DNA of 63,717 nucleotides, counting the filler, from Pelomyxa schiedti (taxonomy: Eukaryota; Protista; Evosea): NCBI GenBank assembly GCA_020536535.1. It is 10 parts of 10 records of this genome, joined end to end, with 100 filler letters (N's around TTAATTAATTAA, not from the genome) between each part and the next. Parts side by side here need not be neighbours in the genome. Positions count along the whole stretch, not along the records: positions 1 to 6,391 come from JAHLWZ010001423.1; positions 6,492 to 38,456 come from JAHLWZ010000298.1; 8 more parts are not named here. The stretch is one strand, 5' to 3'. Both the position numbers and the translations under genes were made by a program. The notes under the pieces are model-generated. The model saw nothing but the letters and a program-made list of their open reading frames with translations. It searched no databases and was not told where the DNA came from. Shown one piece after another: positions 1 to 10,931 of this stretch; position 1 is the stretch's first letter; each line of letters starts with the position of its first letter.

Positions 1-422
1 GTCGCCGCTGGGGGCGTTGGGAATGGTTTTGTGGTAGTGGTGGTGGGCTCTCGTGGTGGTGGCCTTTGTGTGCGGCGGGTGAGTGTGGGTTGCCATTGTG
101 GGTGGGTGGCTGGCTGGTGTGTGATGGATCACAGGGACAAACAACAGACAACACCAGCACGGTAGGGGCCTCGCGTCCCACAATGAGGCTGTGGCTTTTT
201 TTTGTTTGTGGTGTAAAATAAACTGTGGTGTCGCTGGGAGGTACCGAGACCGGCTTCTTTTTTTGGGTCTTTTTTTCGTTTTTGTTCATGATGATTGTGA
301 GTCTTGTGTGTGAGAAAGCGTGGACTTCTGTGATGGCCCTGCGAGCTCGGATTGTGTGACTGGAAGAGTGATGATAGAGGAGATGAGAGAAGGGCGATCT
401 GAGTGAGTTTTCGAGTGACAGA

Positions 423-527
423 ACGTGGATCACGTTTTCCCTGCTGTAGCTTTTTCACACTTTATTTTCTTTAAAGACCAACCGATCACGTCAAGATCCA
501 CGTACGTGTCGTGCGTTGTAATTACGT
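423..527. promoter_or_regulatory. Candidate promoter element cluster (GATC(C)ACGT x3; six ACGT cores) upstream of the Akt gene
   Basis: GATCACGT at 428-435 and 484-491, GATCCACGT at 495-503, further ACGT at 423, 504 and 524. GATCCACGT recurs at 25483-25491 in another intergenic region. Function is inferred. Confidence 0.35.
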
Positions 528-679
528 TGTGTTTTTTAATTTAGGTACTGTTCTGTTCGCGCTTACTTGTTGGTTGTGTACTCAATACACGCTTTTTTTT
601 TTCCCCCCCGTTTAAATTTATTGATTTTCTTTGTCCCCTTTAAATACACCTGTGGTAATTAATTTTAATGTTCCAGTCT

Positions 680-2856
680 ATGAGTGCAGCTGCTACGCCA
701 TTGGACGCTGCTAGATCTATCACCAAATGTGGGTATCTCACAAAGGAAGGTGGTAGAATAAAGTCTTGGAAGCGCAGGTGGTTTGTATTGGAACTTGGAT
801 GCATAAGGTCTTTGTTGTTATGGCCATTTCGTGGGCCACTTATTATTGTGCAGGTACTACAAAGATAGGTCCGATACCCGAAAGGTTTTAGGTGAAGTTC
901 ACCTCGATCTACCTTGCACAACTTTGCTTCCCACACCGGTATTTTATCTCATGTGGTATTCGCGAAGTCACACATGAAGGCCATAAGCCCCTCTTTAAAG
1001 AGGACTGAAAAAGAAAAAATCATGTGCACTCTTCAAGTTCAAACGCCGGCTCGCATATATAGAATGACTGCGGACACACCTGAGGAGAAGGAGGAATGGT
1101 CCAGGACAATACAGAATGTGTTAGACGCTTTTAAGGCAGCAAGTTCTCCAAAACCAGCAACACCCACTCCTGATGTACATTCGCTCTTTGTTTCTCCTTA
1201 CAATTAAACCAAAAATACTTACCTAGGTTCATAAAGTGTCGGAGGCCGATTTTGATATGATAAAGATGATTGGTAAAGGAAACTTTGGAAAGGTACCTCC
1301 TTTCGTCATTAAACAGTTTATAAATACTCTAAAGGTGTTCTTGGTTAGAGCCAAAGCTAACGGTGCTCTCTACGCCATGAAAGTTCTTTCCAAAATTTAT
1401 ATTGTCCAAAAGAATGAAGTTGGTTATTTTCGCAGTGGCGATTGTGTAATTCCCACTAGGTGGAGCACACAATGAGTGAATGTAATATTCTTCAACAAAT
1501 TGAACACCCCTTCCTTGTGAAATTACATTACTCCTTCCAAAACCCTGAAAATGTGTGTCCCCACATCAGTTTAACAACACTGACTTCCTCATAGTTATTC
1601 CTCATTCTTGATTTTGTGAATGGGGGTGAACTCTTTTTCCACCTTGCTAGGGACAAAAAGTTCACAGAGGAGAGGGTGAGGTACTATGCTGCCGAAATTA
1701 TGCTGGGGCTGGAGCACTTGCACAATAACTCCATCATATACAGGTCCGTTTTCGTCTACCTCTCTCCAAGCTAAAACACTACAAACAGAGACATCAAATT
1801 AGAGAACCTGCTGGTTTCTCGGGAAGGTAACAAACAACCATTGCCCATAGATGTTTTAACTCCTTTTCTAGGTCATATTGTCATCACTGATTTTGGTACC
1901 ATGGTGGCAACAGTCCAATCAGAATTATTCACGAATTTTAAGGTCTTTCCAAGCAAGGAAGACGGGGAGCAGAAACTGTAAGAACAGGAACTTTCTGTGG
2001 CACACCGGAGTATATGGGTTTGTAAAACATTACCTCTCCCTTTTTTAACATCCTCTAAGCTCCGGAAATGCTCGCCCAACCTGGTGCCTTGTATGGTATA
2101 ACTCTGAGTCATTACCTTTTTTTTTTTAAAAACTCTACAACAGGAAAGGAAGTAGACTGGTGGTCTTACGGAAGCTTACTTTACGAAATGTTAACTGGAT
2201 TGGTACGTAATACCGCTGTGAAACATCTCACTTTTATTCAGCCACCTTTTTTCAATGATGATGTGCAAGAAATGTACAGAAAAATTCTTATGGACCCTCT
2301 TACATTCCCATCGTACGTGAGCCCACTGGCACAAGATTTTATTGCCAGGGTAGCCTATACCTATTTCGTTCCCCTCTTGCTAACTATACCGCAGTGCCTG
2401 GAAAAAGATCCCACCGTGCGCTTATCAGATCCGAACCTGATGAAGAGGCACAAAGTTGACAATCATATTCCCATTTCCGCTCTTCTGACTCTCTTACAGT
2501 GGTTTGATGGAATTTCATGGCAAGATTTGTTCATGAAGAAGATCCCCCCTCCCTTCTTACCGCCTGTGGTGCGTGCCACATTACATTTCTCCACCGTTTC
2601 TCACTTAAACAACAGAGAGGCCCGGAGGATACTAGTCTGATTGACCCAGTATTTACCTCTGAGGCGGTATCACTTGCGCCCGATCCTCCCGATGAAGGTG
2701 AAGTTCCGGCGGAGGGTGCCCCCGACATTGACACTCAACTGCGGTAGGACCCAAACAATTGCAATCAAAACAATTAACATCCAATATCACAGGTTTGCTG
2801 GGTTCAGCTATGTAAAACCCACTGCCCCAACTCCAGTGGCTACAAAGTCCTCCTAA
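680..2856 (+). CDS. AKT: PH-domain AGC kinase, Akt/PKB-like (about 16 short introns)
   Basis: PH domain (KCGYLTKEGGRIKSWKRRWFVL), GKGNFGKV, YAMK, YRDIKLEN, DFG, TFCGTPEYMAPE, DWWSYG and C-terminal hydrophobic motif FAGFSY. The frame is restored by GT-AG introns of ~40-65 nt. Confidence 0.93.
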
Positions 2857-2940
2857 GACTGTAAAAACATCACCTAACTCAACAACAAAACACAAACGAA
2901 AACACAACACTTTGAGAACAACAATAAAACAAAAAAAAAA

Positions 2941-4612
2941 TCAGCTTTCAGCATTTTTTTCGTCTGAATCATTCGACGGTGGTTTCTGAGAAAAGGACTC
3001 CTAGTCTAGCCTTTGGTAACAGAGAACTGCCATTTGTTCCTGTGTGGTGCATTTGATTGGGACCATATGCACCTGGGCCTTGGCTTATCGGTGATGAATA
3101 CTTTGGGTAACTGTTTCTTATTCACAGAGACCTTCCAAATTACGAAAGTCAGTGAATGTAAAAACCATTTGTGATACCTGGAAGGAGCCCTCGGTATGTG
3201 GAGGTACCATCAGAGATACGTGGTAATTGCCCTCCAGATATTCCGGTTTGTATTCGAATTGGTACTCCTGGCTGCCTTCACTCTCTGCGGCCCATACTAC
3301 ACTGACATTCTTCTGGCCAATCGGGAATGATACTTCCAGTATTGATGTTGAACCGTCCCTCTTAATAGTATGCAGGACACTTGAAGGAGCTGGTGCCTAC
3401 AAAGGTGAACATAGTTACACCTCGCCTATTCATACCAGATTCTGTGGCTCCTTCCCCTCCTGCGCAAGGGAAACTGATTTATTGGAACTTGGGACTTGAG
3501 GTGCATGGTCCTCCGCTTTGGTTGGGGCACTCTTATAAAATGTGAGACATGGTGATTATGATTTAGATTGTAATAAATACCGAGTTAGAATCTGCAGCAA
3601 CACTCAGAGAAGGGATCTTTGAATCAACTCTCTTTGAGAAAACTGAGTTTTCACTTTCTGGTGCAAAACATAATACCTTCTTCTTCTGTACAGGTTCCTT
3701 CAGAGTAGAGTCATCTGTGGCACTGCCCTTTGGAATTTGACTCACAGCATCCCCATCGATTACAGGCGCCTCACGTTTCTGCTTGGACAGTTCCAGTTCC
3801 TTCTTACTTTGCAAAAAGTTCCGCCTACACCTCTTGGTGAAGTCAACCAGCTTCCCCATTGTTTTCCTTGCCTTTGGACACAGTGTGCTCTGAACCAGTG
3901 CATCCAAGTGTGCCTCATCATAATCCACGATCTCCTTCTCGTCATCGTCACTTCTTTCACTGCTGCAATTGCAGTGGCTTCTTTTTGAACCAGAGTTGGA
4001 ACTCGCACTTGGGCTTGGGCAATGATCATCGTTCTTTGGCGCCGCTGTTGTGCTCACTTGGGGTTCCACCAACGGCTTTGGAAGTGCAGACGGCTCAGGG
4101 TCCGGGGGGGCCAGACTTGATCCAGACGTCGTTGTGTCGCGATCTGCCGACTGCGCCTGTGTGTTGACTTGTGTTTTGGGAGAACACGCTGCCTGCTGAT
4201 GTGCTGGTGGCGAGATTGCCTTGCCAGGAGGAACAACAAGGACACACTTGCGGGGCACAGGCGGAGGGTTATCCAAAGAAAATGGCTGCAGGCCTCCCTG
4301 TTGCTGCTGCTGCTGGGGGTGGTTGGGCTGTGGTGGCAGAGGCTGTCCCTGTGCCTGCTGCCGCTGGGGAGGGCGCTGTGGTTGCGGCTGCGGCTGCGTC
4401 TGCGCCTGCGGGTGCGGCTGTGGGCGGGGCGGTGCCGGCGGCTGCCTGTGTCTGTCGCCGTGGGGCGAGGCCGAAGGAGGGGACGGCCTGGAGGAGGACG
4501 AGTGGTGGTGGTGGTGGTGGTGGTGGGGAGGTTGTTGTGGGGGTGCCTGCACCGTGGGAGCGTTCTTCGGTGTTGTAGTTGGTTGTCTTGCTGCCGTAGA
4601 TCCGCGCCCCAT
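2941..4612 (-). CDS. Hypothetical protein with a Pro/Gln/His-rich N-terminus and a small beta-rich C-terminal region
   Basis: 349-aa open first exon 3563-4612, then exons such as APAPSSVLHTIKRDGSTSILEVSF...PPHTEGSFQ flanked by GT/AG. The 3' end at 2941 is approximate. Confidence 0.65.
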
Positions 4613-5139
4613 TCTGACTCCAAGTTGGGTCCTGGCGAAGAGACCGCTCTCGCTGAGATGAAAAGAAAATAAAAAATAGAAAATCTCTGAGTAACAGCTT
4701 GCTAAGTGCAGTTGCTTACTCGGAATTTTCTCCCTTCTTTAAAAGACTTCTTTAAAACCATTAAAAAAAAATATTCGGTTCCGGCCGGGTGATTAGACTT
4801 ACCCCAAAAAACGCTTTTAGCCAAGTCCCGCGCTACCTGCGCGTTTTGGCGCAGCTGGCATAAATGCCAGCTGCACCAGCAGATGCCAGCAAACTTTTTT
4901 TTGCGTGTTCTGTCTCACAGCAGAAAAGCACTGACAGTTGCACAGCCGTTCTGGTCGTTCTGGCTGGCTGCTGGCTTCTGGCTTCTGGCTTCTGGCTGCT
5001 CAGCACGCAGATCCTGTCTGGTGCCTGCTTGCAAACTGCACAGTCTACCCTCGACCACAAGAGTGCTTTATGAGGTGGGCTTTCTGGGGAGAAAAAAAAA
5101 ACAGAATCAAGGAGGAATGAAGAATGAATTTATTTTCTT

Positions 5140-6155
5140 TCAGGAGGTTGCCTTGGTGGGTGTAATGTCTAGGGAGGCCTTTTGCTTCCAAAGCATCAGC
5201 ACAATGTGACCCTCCTCAATTCGTTCCACTGTGGCCTGAGCACCACTGAGGGAAACTGGGCTTGGGAAGTACAAGGTAAATTCAAAATGTGGTCGCAGTG
5301 GAGCAAGCAGATGTTCACCATCCAAGAGAGAAAGAGTCACTTCCGTCTTGACAGTCATTGAGTTAGGCTCGATGTGGTACTGGTTGCTATACCCTGAAAA
5401 AGTATTATTTAAGTAAAAACAAAAAAAAAAAGAGTGCCTGGACATGACAGAAACATCACTCAAAAGTAATCCTCCTTATCAGTCATGAAGACAAAAGGAA
5501 GGGAATTTGGTGGAGGCCGCTTTATGGCTTTGGTTGGACTTGCCACAGCAGTTGTCCGCGCAACCTTCTCCTGCTTTATGAGGGTGTGCATGTCAGCTGC
5601 AGCACCGATGCGCTCCTTGAACTCTAGGTGCTGAGTCGATACCAAGTTGGTTGCATTTCCTGTTTCATGATCATCAGAAAAACGAAAAAAATGATTGCAA
5701 CAACCGCCGAAGTACTTGTTGCGTCATTGTTGTCTTGGCGACCTGTGTGAAGATAAGTGAAAAGATGAGCAATAGTTGATTGTGCCTGGGGACTGCGACT
5801 GGGACTGGGGCTGGGGCTGGGACCACTGTTGTTGTGGTCGTTGCTGCTCCATAGTAGTCATCTTGTTCTTGTTCTTGCTCTTGATCTTGATCTTGTACTT
5901 GTTCTTGTTCAAAAGGAATTCCACCCTTGTGGATTGTGTACAACCAATGTTCCTTGATCTGCCTAAACACCAGTAAGTCATTATAATTATAAAATTAATC
6001 GTAAATTACTTTGCACTGCGGCCTGTAAACCGCCTAGCAACCAGTTGGGCCTGTTCTAATGTGGGGTCAACAACTGTTTGTAAGCTGAGGGCTGCAACAA
6101 CATCTAAAAAGGTGCCATGTTCGGCAACACTCCATTTGCCTTTGTGTCCAGGCAT
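5140..6155 (-). CDS. Myb/SANT-repeat protein with a possible C-terminal HSP20/alpha-crystallin-like domain
   Basis: MPGHKGKWSVAEHGTFL...GRSAK|QIKEHWLYTI across an intron matches a Myb repeat. The last exon FEFTLYFPSPVSLSGAQATVERIEEGHIVLMLWK resembles an ACD end. The middle exon chain is uncertain. Confidence 0.55.
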
Positions 6156-6391
6156 GTTTCGTTTGGTTTTTTTTGTTTGGTTTTTTTTGTTTGTTTGTTT
6201 TTTTGTTTTGGTTTTTGCGGTTCTGTTTGTGTTGCCTTTTGGTTTTTGGGGCTTTGGGTTCTTTGGGGATTTTGGGTTCTTTGGGACTTTTGGGTTGTGC
6301 ATACACATATGCTTCACCGAAGAAGATTTGTGCATAGCGGGGTATTTCTTAACTTCATTTTTTAAAAAAAAAACCCGGCATACTAGGGAAA

Positions 6392-6491
6392 NNNNNNNNN
6401 NNNNNNNNNNNNNNNNNNNNNNNNNNNNNNNNNNNTTAATTAATTAANNNNNNNNNNNNNNNNNNNNNNNNNNNNNNNNNNNNNNNNNNNN
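6392..6491. other. Artificial contig spacer (N44-TTAATTAATTAA-N44)
   Basis: All-frame stop linker flanked by N runs. Confidence 0.99.
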
Positions 6492-7391
6492 AAGCCCCAC
6501 AAGGAACAACACTCGTGTCGGCGTCGATATCCATGACAGTTACCGCGAGTCTTTTTTCCTCTGGTAACAGTGAATATATAACTTACACACATGTGAGGTG
6601 AACCAGAAATTTCAATAGATGTATTTACAGCTTGCGTGTCCGCTCTTGGTGATTCGTGCTTGTTGGCAGTTGTTGTTTCAGTTTTCATTTTTGGTTCTGT
6701 GCACAGTCAGATGAACAGCTCTTCACGTGGTGCCAGGTGTGCGTTGGGAGTGGGTTTGTCGACAACAGAGATCGGGGTTTTGTCATCGTCGTTGGCGGTG
6801 TTACGCTCTCGTCAGGGTAGATCTCTCGACGTCAAATTGTGGGGAAAACTACGCGGCACTGAAAACGACTACTATGTGGCAGATGCCGTCCTGGATGCTT
6901 CTCTCAAGAAGCGCAAATTTTATAGGTACTCTCCCGTCCTATATTGTTTCGCCTGTTCTGAATGAGGGAGAGGTCAGTGTTGATGGTGTGGACTGGGTTT
7001 TGGTACCAGAAGTTGGAGACGATGTGAGGCAGTTGTGTGCACTGATCACAGTACCTTTTACTGGGAATCCCACATTCCAGTACCAAATCCCTGCAAGTAC
7101 TGAACGTGAGTCACCCCGCGAGGCCTCTACAACTCCCGAAAAAAGTACTCTACCACGTGAAGAGCTGTTCATCTGACTGTGCACAGAACCAAAAATGAAA
7201 ACTGAAACAACAACTGCCAACAAGCACGAATCACCAAGAGCGGACACGCAAGCTGTAAATACATCTATTGAAATTTCTGGTTCACCTCACATGTGTGTAA
7301 GTTATATATTCACTGTTACCAGAGGAAAAAAGACTCGCGGTAACTGTCATGGATATCGACGCCGACACGAGTGTTGTTCCTTGTGGGGCTT
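6492..7391. repeat. Perfect 240-bp inverted repeat (arms 6492-6731 and 7152-7391), likely a fold-back chimera
   Basis: The left arm is the exact reverse complement of the right arm and starts at the contig edge. The right arm carries genuine RSPH9 coding sequence. Confidence 0.92.
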
Positions 7392-7825
7392 ACCTTTGCA
7401 CTCCTGATCATCGCATAGTCCCTAACTCCTCATTTTGTGGTTTATGACTTCCCTTTGTTACCTCTTGGTGACATTGTGACAGGGTTAACTCTCAAGGAAG
7501 CACAAAATCTCAATTCTTATTGCCACCTGCGGTACCCCAGCTCGCTCCAAGGCGATGCAGTAGAAAGGGAAGCCATATTTCCGTCCAGCAATTTTCTGGA
7601 CTCCCTTGCAGAAGATATCAAGGGTACACTTATGCATTCCCCGTTCCATATCAACATCTTCCAGGTACATGGAGTCTTCATTTCAACTCCCTGGACCAAA
7701 GAGTCACCCTACGGTCACTGCTGTGGCCAGGTTTTGCCATGTGTAGCACTCCTTCGACACCGCAGTACAGCAGCCTGTACATAGGAGACGGCACCAGAAA
7801 CACAATCAGTTTTCTGGCCTCCTAA
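6732..7825 (+). CDS. RSPH9: Radial spoke head protein 9 (true 5' end replaced by the inverted copy)
   Basis: GLS...LWGKLRGTENDYYVA, FTGNPTFQY, EKRLAVTVMDID...VPCGAY..TP, GLTLKEAQNLNSYCHLR, FLDSLAEDI, LRSLLWPG, YIGDG follow the RSPH9 motif order. Confidence 0.88.
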
Positions 7826-7927
7826 GGTATTTAAAAAAAACAAAAAACGAATACTTGTTTTAGTGAAAAAGCCATTAAGTACTGGAAATATATTGTCCTG
7901 CCTGGGTTCTTCTTCTTTAGTTTTGGT

Positions 7928-8384
7928 TTACACTTTTCTCTTTGTGGTGCTTATGTACAGAACTGTGCAGTGTAAAAAATATGCTAAAGCGGGGAAAAAA
8001 AAAGGTGAGTACCATTGTTTCCACGTATGAAAGCATCACCATATGTTTCTTTAAGCTGTCCGTTGACATATTCCTCAGTCTGCTCCATAGCCACATTCAT
8101 GTACCCATCCACTACAGCCAGAATTCCTATGATACAAAACAAAAGCAGAGAGAAGGAGCACAGTGAGAGTTTGGCCCTATAGTCGGCAAACCAATCAAAT
8201 CAATCAACAGGCAGTCACACAGTCCACGAATCATGGAGCCAAATGACACCCTACCTCGGTAGTCAACACCAGAGTTCAGCTTGACCACAACAGGTCTCCC
8301 CAGGGCCAATTTAAAGAAATCCGATGGCCTTCTTCTACTGGCGCTGTTGTCCACAACCGCCGCTGTTGGTGCCGCCGCCGCCAT
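7928..8384 (-). CDS. LSM6: U6 snRNA-associated Sm-like protein LSm6
   Basis: PSDFFKLALGRPVVVKLNSGVDYRG, DGYMNVAMEQTEEYVNGQLKETYGDAFIRGNN|VLYIST. Confidence 0.93.
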
Positions 8385-8592
8385 CGTTTCTTGCGAGAAT
8401 TTATTAATTTGATTATCTGGTAACCTCACCAAGTATCTCAACACAATCTTTGGATTGACTTGAGTCAGTGAATGTGTACTGGAACTGAGTGCCCAGAGAA
8501 CAACGATGAGATCTCAGCGATGGTTGATGACCTCTCGAACAAAGGGTTTCGCAGATCAATAAACGAACAAAGGGTGCACAAAATTAACAGGC

Positions 8593-10753
8593 ATGGCACT
8601 CAAGTTATTGTGTGTTGTGTTGGTGTTGTGCGCAACAATTAGAATTGCACATGCTGAGGCACTGTGGTACGACTGCCCTCCTTTTTTTACGATGCAAAAA
8701 ATGGGTTCCTCACAAGTTGACTCTAAGGTGCAGTTGTTGTTCTTCTACCTTTTATTTTGAAAATATTGACCCCTTTTTCTCCTCCTTTGTAGTATCGTCT
8801 ACAGTGCTTGAATATTTCTGTCCCACTATCCTATGACAATCCTGGTTCTCTCCATTTTGTTTATACTTGCACGCACTGTGAATTGACTCTTTCTTTCTTT
8901 ATTTTAAGGAGGGAAGCAAATTACTGCTTTTACTTCCAGACTGACCAACCCAAATGATACTATTACCAAGAAAGGGCAACTGTGGCTGTTGCAAGGAGGT
9001 CCTGGAGGCAGTGGGGAAAGTATTTGGCCTTTTGCCCACAGGGAGCAACTTATGGACCTTCTGGGTGGCACTTTTGATTTAATGTTTCCAGATCACAGGG
9101 GTGTAGGGTATGTGCCCCTTCTTTTCCCTTGGAAGACTCTCAATTTAGCCAGATTTTCCACACCATTATACTGCCCAAATCCTACTATAATACAGGCACA
9201 AGAATGTATCGACTATTTAGACTCCACTTGGGGTGAAGGCCTGCATCAATTTACTTCCTCCAATGCTGCAAGAGACCTCCATTCACTAGTAACTGCAGCA
9301 ACCGAGTCTGGTGTTCCAGTCTATATTTATGGTGTTTCGTATGGTACATAAATATACGCATATAATAATAAGCTGATTGCGTATACAAGGTACATACTGG
9401 CTTCAGAGATACCTCCAGATATATTCCTCAGAAGCAGAAAGGCCCAGGGCCGTTATTCTTGATGGGATTGTTTCCCCGGATAAACTTAAATTTTTGGAGT
9501 ACGACTTCTATGTCAACACAGTGGGCCATGAGCTTATGGCATGGTAAATCTTTCCTTTTCAATCGGTTTCTAAGACTCTTATGTGAGGTGTGAGGCTGAT
9601 TTGTTCTGTAATTCTGCATTTAAGGGAGTCCCCCCAATTTCTGTATCTTCTTTGCCCTACCATCTTCCTCTTTCTCATTTGACCTCAGGTTATGGCGTCA
9701 CTGTTTGACAAACTGCTAAATAATGCTACTACATGTTTTGATCAACTTTCTCAACCACTTCCTCCACTTTTTTCCTCTCCATCTAGCATTAAGCAGGTCG
9801 AATTACTACCTCTGAAGTTAAACTGTGACCTCCTTAAAAGGGTCTCAATGCATTGTTTCAACAATGGCTCTTTAGCCAGACAAACAGAATTCTAATACCA
9901 CCAACCATATTCCGATTGACAAGGTGCTCTACAACCGATATCTCTGCCCTGAATTATCTTATGTCCACGCTATCACAATCACTTGTTTCCACACCCTACG
10001 GTCCAAGTAAGAATTTCTAAGCACTATTTTCAGCATTGTGACACTGCCTAGATTATGCCTATGAAGATAACCCTTTAGCCTTAAACATAATTCAATCAGA
10101 AATGCTCTCTCTGAAATTGCCACCTCCCACCCTTGAGCAGATAATAACTGGAGAAAGCTCTCTATACTTTACTGGTGGCTCTAGTGTGTCGGTAGCAACC
10201 TGGCCACTTCTTTTTTCAGACTTATATTGGTTAGAATCGAATGTGGTATGACTACTGGGATCGTTACACACCCGATGAGTATGCAAATAACTTGCCGTCA
10301 GTAAGCCGAACTGCGGGGTGCCCTTTTTTCGTCTAATACACACAGGTGTCCGGACTTCCTCTCTTAATGCTAAATGGAAACCTTGATCCCCAGACTCCCC
10401 TATACTTTGCCGAGGAGGTCTATAACCACTACGCCGGCCCCACAGTAACGGTATGTGTTCCAATCCAATCCAACCTCCATCACTCATTCTCTCTTCACTA
10501 ATTCGGAAATTCCTGTCCCAAGTTTGAAATTGTCAACGCGGCGGTTCACTGCACAATAGCCAACTCGCCTGTGGATAACAGCGACACTCCATGTGGCCTT
10601 CAAATGGTCGTGGGCTGGATTCTCTCTGACACCAAAACGCTTGATACAACTTGCTTGGACCACTTGGTGCCCATTGACTGGGCCGGAACAACAACAGATG
10701 ATCAACAACTGAGTCTTACAACATTTGGTGTGACGGACATGTGGCAACTGTGA
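8593..10753 (+). CDS. Secreted alpha/beta-fold hydrolase (peptidase S33/TAP-like)
   Basis: Signal peptide MALKLLCVVLVLCAT, LQGGPGGSG, DHRGVG, nucleophile elbow YGVSYGT, AVILDG, LNGNLDPQTP. Multi-exon. Confidence 0.82.
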
Positions 10754-10931
10754 TGATTTGAAATTTGTGTTTTTTTTCCTTTTGACAGAAAAGACTTTTT
10801 AAAATTTCTTTGGCACTACAGTGTGTAGTTCGGGAAAAAAACAAACAACGACAAAATGATTGCTTTAATAAAAGCACGGACGGAGTCTAACAATTAACTG
10901 TTACAGTGTCAGCTTTCTGTCTGTATAGGGA

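Noticed and set aside
1-96. Minus-strand start MATHTHPPHTK... running off the window edge
   Set aside because: Only 32 low-complexity codons are visible, which is too little to call.
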